Positions 55,125 through 64,000 of a DNA stretch of 64,000 nucleotides are shown here, piece by piece. Within the stretch, counting starts at the first letter, position 1, and the number at the start of each line of letters is the position of its first letter. The stretch is from an uncultured Chloroflexia bacterium. Lineage in GTDB: Bacteria > Chloroflexota > Limnocylindria > QHBO01. The notes below the pieces were generated by a model that saw only the letters and a list, made by a program, of their open reading frames with translations, was not told the origin of the DNA and made no database searches. The position numbers and the translations under genes were made by a program. The DNA is taken from contig CAWGTN010000002.1 of NCBI GenBank assembly GCA_963825525.1, positions 1,472,001 through 1,536,000 of the forward strand, given 5' to 3'.

Positions 55125-55878
55125 CTATCGACGCGGCGGGCCGAGGACCTCGCGGCGGTTGGTGATCAGCGCGATCCGCAGCTTCCCGATGTCGCGGAAC
55201 GTCCGCATGATCTTGCGGAAGCTGGCCCCGGTGTTCGTTCCCGCCGCGCGCGGGTAGTGGTTGACTCCCACCTGTGCCAGCTTCTCGCCGCGCGCCTTGA
55301 GCTTGATGAGCAGCTCGGCCGACAGGAACGGCGAGTCGGTGGTGAGCGGCAGGCCGTCGAACAGCTCGCGGCGGAAGAGCTTCATGGCGCAGTCGATGTC
55401 CCGCACCCGCAGGCCGAAGAGCACCGACACGATGGCGTTGTAGCTCTTGGCGATGACGATGCGGTGCGGAGGGTCACGCCGCTTGATGCGATAGCCGATG
55501 ACGCCATCCACCGCCTTGCGTGACGAGTCGCGCGAGGCGATCGAGCAGCCGATGCATCTCGCGCAGGTCGAACTGCAGGTCGCCGTCGCTGAAGCTGATC
55601 AGCTCGCCGCGCGCGTTCTCGAAGCCGGCGCGGAGGGCGCCGCCGTAGCCGCGATTCTCCTGGTGGTGGACCCTGACCCGCGGGTCGGCGGCGCTGAGGG
55701 CGTCGGCCAGCTCGGCGGTGCGGTCGGTCGAGCCATCGTTCACGACCAGGACCTCGATAGATCCGTCCACGAGGGGACCGATCTCGTCGAGCGCCCGCCG
55801 GACGGTCTCCTCGACGTTCTCCTCCTCGTTGTAGGCCGGGAAGAAGAACGTCAGGCGGGGACGCTCTGGATCGGTCAT
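55125..55878 (-). CDS. GT2 glycosyltransferase, polyprenol-phosphate-sugar synthase-like (apparent frameshift ~55530)
   Basis: FFPAYNEEEN, VVNDGSTD, NRGYGGALRAG, SDGDLQFD; second frame VIGYR, RDIDCAMKLFRR. Confidence 0.88.
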
Positions 55879-57516
55879 GACGCGGGACCCTCGACATGCA
55901 GGAGCCGGGTGAATCCCGGCAGGGTTGGCACCGTGGTGAGCTCCCAGCGATCGGTGACGTTCCGACGCTCCCAGTCGGGGAGAACCACGTAGACCGGCCG
56001 CTCGCCGAAATGGGAGCGGATGGCGTTGTTCATCGTACGGTATCCGTCGTCGAGGATGTCGCGCTCGTCGATGATCGTCAGGTCCGGACGCTCGCCGAGC
56101 ACCCAGCGGTGATGCCAGAGCGGCGTGCTGTAGCTCCACCAGCTGACGATCACCGCATTCACCGGCAGAAGCTCGTGCACCGATGCCACCCAGGCATCGG
56201 CGTCGCGATTGTCGCTCTGGTCATGCGCCGCGTACTCGGTGACGATCGATGCCGCCGGGAGCAGGGCGCCGAGGCCCAGAACGATGCTTCCGGCAAACCC
56301 CGCCAGCAGGCGTCGCGACCGCAGCGAGTCGGTGAGGCGCCGGGACACCTCGGCCACCGCGCGCGCGACCGCCGTCCCGACCGCGGCAAGGGCAACGCCG
56401 AGGAGCGGCGCGAGGACCGCGATCGTCGGCATGTAGTAGCGGTCGATGTCGCCATCGCGGAAGTTCATCGAGTACAGAACGTTGCCGACCACGAAGAGCA
56501 GCAGCACCGCGAAGGTCCCGAGCGAACGGGCGGCCACGACGGCCGCCCCGATGGCGACCAGGAGCCACCCGGGCGCCGCGAACTGTGCCGCCAGGACGCG
56601 CTCCGCGTCCGCCCACTTGTTGGCGAGGTCGGCCAGGGGCTCCCGGAAGTCGCGGAACAGGCCACTGAACTGCTCGGCGAACACCACGTAGCGGAACCGC
56701 TCGAACGTGTCGGGACGGCCGTAGAACAGCGGAGGCTCGGGGTCGGTGATGGCCCGCAGCCAGATGTAGGCGAACGATGCGATCCCAGCCGCCAGCACCA
56801 GCGCGCAGATCGCGATGAGTCGTCGACGCCGATGGAAGGAGGGGTCCACCAGGAACAGCCAGGCGCCGATTCCGAAGGCGAAGAGGCCGATGAGTGGATG
56901 AACTCCCAGCCCGAGACCGAAGGTCGCCGCCGCGGCGACCAGCCACCGACCCGCTTTCGGTGAGCCGGTGGCTTCCGCGCGAGCCCAGCTGAGGACGAGC
57001 CAGACCAGCGACGGTCACGGACAGGATGCTGATGGCGTGGACGTCCGCGCGGGTCGCGTTCTCCCATGGTTCCGAGGCGAAGGCGAACGCGGCCCCCGCC
57101 ACGCCGGCCGCGACGGCATGCAGTCCACGGTCCCGCTCTCGGATGAGGAGGCCGGTGCTCAGGACCACGAAGCCGGACGCCAGCGCCACAGCCACCGCCG
57201 AGAGAAGGTTCATGCGCCAGGCGACCTCCCCGATCGGCAGCTGGCTCCACAGCCAGCCGATCATGGTGTACACGGGAAACCCGGTCGGATGGAAGATGGA
57301 GAGCGTCGGAGGTACGGTCTGGGCCTCGCCGGTGTCCCAGAATCCGCCGGCTGGCAACAGGGTGCGCAGGTAGATGCCGAAGGCCAGGACGACCACCAAC
57401 GCGGCGGCGAACGCCACGAGATTGTCGGTGTGGGCGATCCACTGCCGGCCGGTTCGGCGTGCGGAGGATGCAACCGCGACCCGTTCGGGGCCGTCGGGGG
57501 CTCGATGTATACTCAC
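55875..57516 (-). CDS. DUF2723 / TMEM260-like GT-C protein (apparent frameshift ~57013)
   Basis: YLRTLLP..FWDTGEAQ, HPTGFPVY, VAWRMNLLSA, WENATRADVH, YIWLRA, YGRPDTFERF. Confidence 0.8.
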
Positions 57517-57600
57517 CGCCACCTTGGCGTGCTTGACGAGACGGCGCACCCCCCGGGAGTGCCGCACCTGATGATTCGTGGCCCCGTCGGGCGACGGGGC

Positions 57601-60600
57601 GTGGGGATACTCGACGCGATTCGACAGCTCGACGCCCGCACGGTCCTCACCACGATCCTCGTCCTTGGCCTCGCGCTGCGCGTATTCATCGCCGGTGTCT
57701 ACCTGCCGCTCAGCGGATTCTCGATCGACATCGGTGACTTCTCCGCCTGGGGACAACGGCTAGCAAGCGTCGGGCCAGGCGCATTCTACGAGTCGGGCTA
57801 CTTCAGCGACTACCCGCCCGGGTACCTGTACGTGCTCTGGCTGCTCGGCGCCATCGGCGGCGCGCTCGCGCCGCTGGTCGGACAGGACGCCACCGGGGGT
57901 CTCGTCAAGATCCCGGCAATCCTCGCCGACATCGGCATCGGCTGGCTGCTGTTCGTCATCTGCCGCCGATGGGCGGGTGACCTGCTGGACCGGACGCGGT
58001 TTGCCATCAGCGGCGAAACGTTGGGCATCGCGGCCGCCACGATCTACGTCTTCAACCCCGGATCCATCTTCGACTCGTCCGTCTGGGGCCAGATCGACTC
58101 GGTCGGTTCGCTGGTGCTGCTGGCCACGATCTACGCGCTGGCTCGCGGCTGGACCGAGGCCGCCGCGTTCGGTGCCGTTCTCGCCATGCTGGTGAAGTTC
58201 CAGTTCGCGTTCCTGCTGCCCATCGTTGCCATCGTCGGGATCCGCCGGCACGTCCTCGGCCGGTCGACCGACCCGGCGCTCCACGGACGCCGAGACGTCC
58301 TGCGGGTCGTGACCTCACTGGCGGTCGGCGTGGGCACCCTCACCGTCCTCATGCTCCCGTTCGGAATGTCGCTCTACGCGCCGCTTGCCGGAGGCGACCC
58401 GACCGGGTTCCTCGGCATCCTGCCCGAGCCAGATCCGAGCGCGAGCCTCATCGGCAAGTTCGTGGAGGCTGCCAATACCTACACCGGCCTCTCGATCAAC
58501 GCCTTCAACATGTGGCGCAACCCATGGTCGGGTCTGGGCGACACGCTCGTCTGGGGCGACGACACCCCGGTCGGGTTCGTGGTCGGGTCGGTCGCGCTGA
58601 CCTGGCAGCAGGTCGGAACCGTCCTCTTCATCCTCGTGGCGCTGGTCGCCCTGGTCCAGGTGGCGCGACGCGACGACCTTCGCGGCATCCTCGTCGCCAG
58701 CCTTCTGCTGGCCATCGCCTTCTTCGTCCTGCCGACCCGCGTCCACGAGCGCTATCTCTTCCCGGCCCTCGTGCTTGCGGCTCCGCTGCTCCTGTCCGGC
58801 CGGCTGTGGCCGTGGATCTACGGCGGGCTGACACTCTCGTTCTTCACGAACATCTACTGGGTCTACAGCGAGGACTGGTCGTTCGCCAGTGGACTCATCA
58901 ACCCGGGGGTTAACGGCCTCCCGATGGTCCAGGATTGGCTGCTCGAGCACACCCTTCTCACCGACTGGGGCATCTGGGCGATCTCGCTGCTGAGCGTCGT
59001 CCTCCTGCTGCTCGTGATGGCCAGGTCCGTGGCGATGGTGGTTCGGCCCGCGTCCGACGCTGTGCCGGTGCCCGATGCCGCGACGTCCACGCTCCCAGCT
59101 GGCCGCTCGCCGCGCGCCGCCCAATGGGCTGTCGACGGTGAGGGCGAGCCGGCCGTCGCGGTGCGACGAGGCGGGATCTTCGGATGGCTGCGTCCCGACC
59201 CCGCCGACCCGTACCTGCTCGAGCCCCGCCGCCGGCTTGATCGGCGCGACGCCGGTCTCCTCCTGCTCCTGGTGGTCTTCGCGCTCGTATTCCGTCTGTG
59301 GCGGCTCGATGTCCCGCGCGGCGACCACTTCGACGAGGTCTACCACGCGCGTTCCGCCACCGAGTGGATCAGCAACTGGCAGAACGGCTGGCAGCGCGAT
59401 GTCTACGAGTGGACCCATCCGATGCTGGCGAAGTACCTCATCGCGGCCGGGATCACCCTGGCCGACCCGAACAAGGTGACCGATACCGACCAGCTCGACG
59501 GCCCGTCGCCATCCATCGCGGTGGCCACGGCAAGGTCCTCGCAAGGTTGGGACCGTTCGATCGTGTTCACCGCCCCGGCTGCCGGCAGCACGATCCTGGC
59601 GACCGACGCCGAAACGGGCCGGGTCGTCGTCCGCTTCGACGCGGGCGGTCCGGTGGCCGCGCTCGCGTACGACGCCGATGCACCACGCCTCCTGGTCGGC
59701 CGCGCGGACATCGGCACCGTCGAGACGTTCGAGCTGGCCGGCCTGCTCGCGTCACCGGACGGCCGCGCGCCACCCTCGGGGCCACCGATCGTCACCGAGC
59801 TCCAGGGCGTGATCCAGTTCGCGGTGCCGCGCGACGCGGACGTGATGCTGCTCCGCGGCCCGGACGGGCTCGCGGTCGTGGATCGCGCGACCGACGAGGT
59901 GCGGGTCAGCGGACCGGGGGTCTACGGAGGAATGGCCTGGATTCCCAGCTCCGACGCGGATCAGCCGAGCTTCGTGGCGGTCACCGATCCGGGTCGCGGC
60001 TCCGTTTTGTTCCTCGACAGCTCGACGCTCGCGCTGGTCTCGAACGCTGACGGTGGCGAAGCCGGGGTGGTCGAGGTCGCGTCACCGCTCGTCGGCCCGC
60101 TCATCTCGCGGGGTAGCGGCGATGACCAGCAGCTCTTTGTGCTGACCGGGGCGGTGGCCGCCAATGACGAGCATCCGGAGACGGCCGGCGGCATCGCGGC
60201 ACTCGACGCCGATGCCCAGTCGCTGAGCGACATCGTCCCGTTGCCGGGCGCTCCGGCGCTCATCGGCGAGCAGAGCGTCGCAAAGCTCGTCTACGTGGCC
60301 GGGGTCAACAACAGCGGGGAGCCGGTGGTGTGGCCGATCGAGCCGCACCTGGACGATCGAGGTGACACGAGCTCCGGCCTCGCGGCCTTCGACGAGACCG
60401 TGCTGCCGGCCCCGGCCCTGGCGATGGATTTCGACATCAGTGCCGATAACCAGGGCGACGACCACGGGGGTCTCATCCTGAGCACCGGCGACGGGCAGCT
60501 GGTCCGCCTTGACGCGGGCAGCAACGCCTTCGCCTGGCGGCTGGCGGGCGTGACGTTCGGGGCCGTCCTCGTCGGCCTCATCTACCTGCTCACCGCGACA

Positions 60601-62340
60601 CTCTTCGGCCGACGTCGGATCGCGGTCCTGGCCGCCGGCTTCATCGCCATCGACGGCATGAGCTACGTCATGAGCCGAATCGCGATGAACGACATCTTCG
60701 TGGCCGTCTTCATCGTGGCCGCGTATCTCGCTTTCTGGCAGATCTGGTCAGGCCGATGGGCGCGAAGCGCCTGGTGGGTGCTGCCGCTGGTCGGCGTCCT
60801 CATCGGCCTCGCGGCAGCCACCAAGTGGGTCGGCTTCTACGCCCTGGCCGGCATCTGGATCCTCGTACTGGCGCGGTCGAACCTCGGGCGGCTGCTGCTG
60901 GTCGGACTCGTGGCCCTCGGCACCGTGGTGGGCGGGTTCGATGCCCCGTGGCCGTTCCTCGTCACCATGCTGCTGGCGCTCGCCATTGCCCTGGCGATCG
61001 TCCACGTCAGGCCGATCCGGCTCGACCTGGCGACGGCTCGCCTGGCGCTACCGGCGACCGGGGTCGTACTGGGTGGGGTGGGGCTGGCCTTTGCCCTGGC
61101 CTACGATCAGGTCGATGGCGCCGGCACGGCCGACGGGGCGGTCGAGATCCTCTTCGCGCTCCTCGCCCGCGGCGCGCAGGTCGGCTGGCCGGCGTACCTG
61201 ATGCTCGCCGTCGCCGGGCTGCTCCTGCTGTGGCGCGCCGTGCGGTCGATCCGCGAGCCGAGCTCGGACGCGCGCTGGGCCCAGCCGGGGGAGATGGGCG
61301 GCTTCGCCTGGTCGTGGATCGGCGCGTGCCTGATCGTCATCCCGCTGACCGTGTATGCCCTGAGCTACGTCCCGTACCTGCAGCTCGGCCACGTCTTCGC
61401 CGGCGCCGATGCGGGTCCGGGTTACGGCTGGTCGCTGGAGGAGCTCCACGCCCAGATGTTCGGCTACCACTTCGGGCTGACCGCGGGCCACGCCAGCTCG
61501 TCGCCGTGGTGGAGCTGGCCGTTGGACCTGAAGCCGACCTGGTTCTTCAACGCGACGTATGACGCCGACCAGGTCGCGGTCATCTACAACGGCGGGAATC
61601 CGATCCTGTTCTGGGCCGGCATCCCTGCAGTGGCGGTCTGCGCGGTGCTGGCCTGGAAGCGCCGATCGGCCGCCCTGGTGCTCGTCGTGGCCGCCTTCGC
61701 CTTCCAACTGGCGCCGTGGACCCGGATCGAGCGCGCCACGTTCGCCTACCACTACCTCACCGCGGTGATCTTCGCGATGATCGCCATCGCCTACGTCGTG
61801 GACGAGCTCCTGCGTCGTCCAGCGTGGCGCGAGCTGGCCATCGGCTACCTGGCGCTGGTCGTCGTCGTCGGCATCCTGGTCTTCCCATTGGGCGCCGCGT
61901 TCCCGATGCCGGATTGGTACATCAACGCCGCCCGCGCGCTGCCGCCGTGGAACTACGGGTTCCAGTTCCCCGATCCGCCGAAGGGCGATCGCGGCGACCT
62001 CGTCAGCGCATCGGGCCTCAAGCTCATCGGCGGCGTCGTGGCGGCGGTGCTTGCCATGGCGTGGTCGGTGGGTGGCCGATCCTGGGTGCCGGCGATCCGG
62101 TCGCGGCTGCCCTCTCGGCGCTCGGTGCCGGACGCTCCCCGACGCAGGCTGATCGTCACATGCCGCGGGGAGGAATCCGGCGAACGTTCGGTGATCGGAG
62201 GCGCCTTACGTGGTGACCAACCGCCTGGCACTACTGGCCGCGATCTTCACCCTTGTCGGAGTTTGGATGAGTCACTCCTCACGCGTCTTCACACCTCTGC
62301 ATTCGATTCGGGGGTTGAAGAGATCGCGAGTGGTTCGTAA
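57601..62340 (+). CDS. ~1580-aa fusion of a GT-C mannosyltransferase-like domain and a PMT (GT39) protein O-mannosyltransferase with a ~360-aa propeller-like insertion; exact 3' end uncertain
   Basis: DYPPGYLY, VKIPAILAD, FNPG..DSSVWGQIDS, PTRVHERY; then FDEVYH, EWTHPMLAK, [insert], AWRL, SRIAMND, ATKW, HASSSPWWSWPL, GNP, FAYHY. Confidence 0.88.
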   Translation: MGILDAIRQLDARTVLTTILVLGLALRVFIAGVYLPLSGFSIDIGDFSAWGQRLASVGPGAFYESGYFSDYPPGYLYVLWLLGAIGGALAPLVGQDATGGLVKIPAILADIGIGWLLFVICRRWAGDLLDRTRFAISGETLGIAAATIYVFNPGSIFDSSVWGQIDSVGSLVLLATIYALARGWTEAAAFGAVLAMLVKFQFAFLLPIVAIVGIRRHVLGRSTDPALHGRRDVLRVVTSLAVGVGTLTVLMLPFGMSLYAPLAGGDPTGFLGILPEPDPSASLIGKFVEAANTYTGLSINAFNMWRNPWSGLGDTLVWGDDTPVGFVVGSVALTWQQVGTVLFILVALVALVQVARRDDLRGILVASLLLAIAFFVLPTRVHERYLFPALVLAAPLLLSGRLWPWIYGGLTLSFFTNIYWVYSEDWSFASGLINPGVNGLPMVQDWLLEHTLLTDWGIWAISLLSVVLLLLVMARSVAMVVRPASDAVPVPDAATSTLPAGRSPRAAQWAVDGEGEPAVAVRRGGIFGWLRPDPADPYLLEPRRRLDRRDAGLLLLLVVFALVFRLWRLDVPRGDHFDEVYHARSATEWISNWQNGWQRDVYEWTHPMLAKYLIAAGITLADPNKVTDTDQLDGPSPSIAVATARSSQGWDRSIVFTAPAAGSTILATDAETGRVVVRFDAGGPVAALAYDADAPRLLVGRADIGTVETFELAGLLASPDGRAPPSGPPIVTELQGVIQFAVPRDADVMLLRGPDGLAVVDRATDEVRVSGPGVYGGMAWIPSSDADQPSFVAVTDPGRGSVLFLDSSTLALVSNADGGEAGVVEVASPLVGPLISRGSGDDQQLFVLTGAVAANDEHPETAGGIAALDADAQSLSDIVPLPGAPALIGEQSVAKLVYVAGVNNSGEPVVWPIEPHLDDRGDTSSGLAAFDETVLPAPALAMDFDISADNQGDDHGGLILSTGDGQLVRLDAGSNAFAWRLAGVTFGAVLVGLIYLLTATLFGRRRIAVLAAGFIAIDGMSYVMSRIAMNDIFVAVFIVAAYLAFWQIWSGRWARSAWWVLPLVGVLIGLAAATKWVGFYALAGIWILVLARSNLGRLLLVGLVALGTVVGGFDAPWPFLVTMLLALAIALAIVHVRPIRLDLATARLALPATGVVLGGVGLAFALAYDQVDGAGTADGAVEILFALLARGAQVGWPAYLMLAVAGLLLLWRAVRSIREPSSDARWAQPGEMGGFAWSWIGACLIVIPLTVYALSYVPYLQLGHVFAGADAGPGYGWSLEELHAQMFGYHFGLTAGHASSSPWWSWPLDLKPTWFFNATYDADQVAVIYNGGNPILFWAGIPAVAVCAVLAWKRRSAALVLVVAAFAFQLAPWTRIERATFAYHYLTAVIFAMIAIAYVVDELLRRPAWRELAIGYLALVVVVGILVFPLGAAFPMPDWYINAARALPPWNYGFQFPDPPKGDRGDLVSASGLKLIGGVVAAVLAMAWSVGGRSWVPAIRSRLPSRRSVPDAPRRRLIVTCRGEESGERSVIGGALRGDQPPGTTGRDLHPCRSLDESLLTRLHTSAFDSGVEEIASGS

Positions 62341-63007
62341 GACCATCAGGTTGGCGGTCGGGGCACTCATCCTGATTTTGAGTGCTTCGCCCGCTACCGC
62401 TCTGGTATGCGGTATTGCCCCCGACGATCCACAGAACCCTGGTGTGGTCGAACGTACCATCGCCGGGCAGGAGCCAATGGGCGGCGACTTCGATGTGGTC
62501 GTGCTGGGTGTCATCGAAGGTATCGGCAGTACGGACTCCAACGGCTATCGACGCGTGGTCATCGATGTCCGTGCGGTACTGAGGGGGTCCGCGCCCCGCG
62601 CATACGAGTTCTCGTACCCGGCTGCTGCCGACGAACCCGAGCCGATGTTCGTTCGGGGTGCCAGCTACTTGGTTGCCATCGAGTCCGAGGGGATCACCGG
62701 CGGCCCAACAGCGAGCGAGTGCAGCGCCACAAAGCAGATCGCTAACCCTGAAGAGATCAATCGATACATCGGTCTGTCTGCGAGCCCGACGATCTACGGG
62801 GAAGTTCCAGCCGCCCGGTCGGCACTGAGGTCGCACCGAATTGGGTCATTGGAGGGTCCCTGGCAAGCATTCTCGCGGTCGGCGTTGCGAATCGGGCTAG
62901 TTCACTGTCGTACGCATCGGAACTCGGCGCCCGCCGGCGCCTTTGATGAGAACAAGGAGGTCGTGGATCTAATGGTCTCTTCAATGGTGTTTGGAACCGC
63001 CAATTAG
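62330..63007 (+). CDS. Secreted hypothetical protein, possibly TIMP/NTR-like OB fold
   Basis: Signal peptide ending ASPATA; LVC..., VVVLGVI, VLRG, FVRGASYLV, ECSAT; lower-GC codon usage. Confidence 0.5.
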   Translation: MVRKTIRLAVGALILILSASPATALVCGIAPDDPQNPGVVERTIAGQEPMGGDFDVVVLGVIEGIGSTDSNGYRRVVIDVRAVLRGSAPRAYEFSYPAAADEPEPMFVRGASYLVAIESEGITGGPTASECSATKQIANPEEINRYIGLSASPTIYGEVPAARSALRSHRIGSLEGPWQAFSRSALRIGLVHCRTHRNSAPAGAFDENKEVVDLMVSSMVFGTAN

Positions 63008-63106
63008 GCTCGCATGCGGCCTCGGCGTACGCTGGGCCGCTGGAGCCGTCCGCTATTCGCCGACCGGCAACTTCGCCCCGCTCCAATCTACTACCCCGGA
63101 CGAAAG

Positions 63107-63136
63107 TTGACAGCGGGCAAGCGCCGGTCGTAGACT
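63107..63136 (+). promoter_or_regulatory. Sigma70-type promoter
   Basis: TTGACA (63107-12), 18 bp, TAGACT (63131-36). Confidence 0.75.
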
Positions 63137-63220
63137 CCGCCGGCACCCGGACCGCAACCGATGCTGCCCGTGTGCCCGGCGGCCATTTCACCCAGCACAG
63201 AGAGGAGCGATCTGACGGCA

Positions 63221-63325
63221 ATGCACTTCTGCATCTCCGCCCTTGACGCGCCGCGACTCGCACCCACCGGGAGCGATGTCGACGGGAGATCTGTGCCCTC
63301 ACTCGAGGTTGCGCACCGGCAGTAA
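63221..63325 (+). CDS. Putative 34-aa leader peptide MHFCISALDAPRLAPTGSDVDGRSVPSLEVAHRQ
   Basis: GAGGAG RBS upstream; lies between the promoter and the terminator. Confidence 0.5.
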   Translation: MHFCISALDAPRLAPTGSDVDGRSVPSLEVAHRQ

Positions 63326-63349
63326 CAGCGCCGACGCAAGACACCACGA

Positions 63350-63380
63350 GCCGTGGGCCGGATCAGGTCCACGGTTTTTT
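63350..63380 (+). terminator. Intrinsic terminator in the 5' leader of the ABC ATPase gene
   Basis: GCCGTGGGCC-GGATCA-GGTCCACGGT followed by TTTTT. Confidence 0.75.
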
Positions 63381-63480
63381 GATGCCCACGGGCATCCGGG
63401 AGCCGCGGACCGAGAGCATCGGGCCCGCGGCTCTCTCCATCTCCGGGCTCAGCAGCGACAGCACCGAATAGGACACGACG

Positions 63481-64000
63481 ATGATCGAGGTCATGGACGA
63501 ACCAAAGACGACAGCCAGCACGACGCCGGTCCGCGAGCCCGTCCGAAGGGTGGGTCCGCCGCCACCGGGCGAGCAGCCGGCAATGCTCATCGAGCACGCC
63601 ACGAAGCGATTCGTGGTCGGCCGCAAGAAGAAGGCGGTGGTCGCGGTCAATGACGTGTCGATGTCGATCCGGCGCGGCGAGATCTACGGGATTCTCGGCG
63701 CCAACGGATCGGGCAAGAGCACGCTCATTCGGCTCATCAGCACGCTGCTGACGATCGACGCCGGGCGGATCCACGTGCTGGGGCACGACGTCGAGCGCGA
63801 GGAGATGGCGGTCAAGCAGCTCATCAACCGGGTGAGCGTGGATGCCGCGTTCTTCAAGAAGCTCAGCCCGCACGAGAACCTGGCCTACGCGGCGCGGCTC
63901 TATGGCCTCGACGCGGCGGCTGCTCGCCGGGACGCCATCCGCATCCTGGCGCGGCTCGGGATCGCGCGAGAAGCGCCTGAGCCGGCCGCTCGAGCAGATG
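63481..64000 (+). CDS. ABC-2/DrrA-type ATP-binding protein, partial (runs off window)
   Basis: AVNDVSMSIRRGEIYGILGANGSGKSTLIR...FFKKLSPHENL. Confidence 0.9.
   Translation, partial: MIEVMDEPKTTASTTPVREPVRRVGPPPPGEQPAMLIEHATKRFVVGRKKKAVVAVNDVSMSIRRGEIYGILGANGSGKSTLIRLISTLLTIDAGRIHVLGHDVEREEMAVKQLINRVSVDAAFFKKLSPHENLAYAARLYGLDAAAARRDAIRILARLGIAREAPEPAARAD

Noticed and set aside
63330-63380. T-box riboswitch
   Set aside because: No GGTGGNACCGCG T-box sequence before the terminator, and the downstream gene is not amino-acid related.

Overview
High-GC bacterial chromosome segment containing the replication origin. The lineage is probably Chloroflexota (Limnocylindria/Ellin6529-like); this is inferred from gene content, not established. 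Left part, minus strand: glyA, a sugar-dehydrogenase/PKD/CWB2 surface protein, split aconitase X, rpiB-tsaC-prmC-prfA-DUF1385-rpmE-rpmA-rplU, DUF2344 and rodA-mrdA-mreD. A plus-strand block follows, opening with a DnaA box and two parS sites, then parA-parB-gyrB-gyrA, prs, secA, frameshifted prfB, ftsEX, an S41 protease, smpB and tmRNA. An ~8 kb compositionally distinct island follows the tmRNA, carrying a secreted Cys/PKD-like peptide, a giant ABC permease with ATPase, an ECF sigma/ZAS anti-sigma pair and lipoproteins. Next come jag-yidC-yidD-rnpA-rpmH / dnaA-oriC-dnaN-recF-dciA, a PP2C-like pseudophosphatase membrane protein, a glycosylation locus with three GT-C domains, and an ABC ATPase behind a leader-peptide/terminator attenuator. 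About a dozen single-base frameshifts, including in housekeeping genes, look like sequencing errors; only the prfB shift is programmed. Best leads: the tmRNA island peptide-export module, the triple GT-C locus, a LexA-like box on the tmRNA promoter, a strongly SD-led 13-aa ORF before smpB, a double CX3CX2C mini-protein overlapping the prfB start, a palindrome array between tfoX and prs, and a probable origin-proximal inversion.
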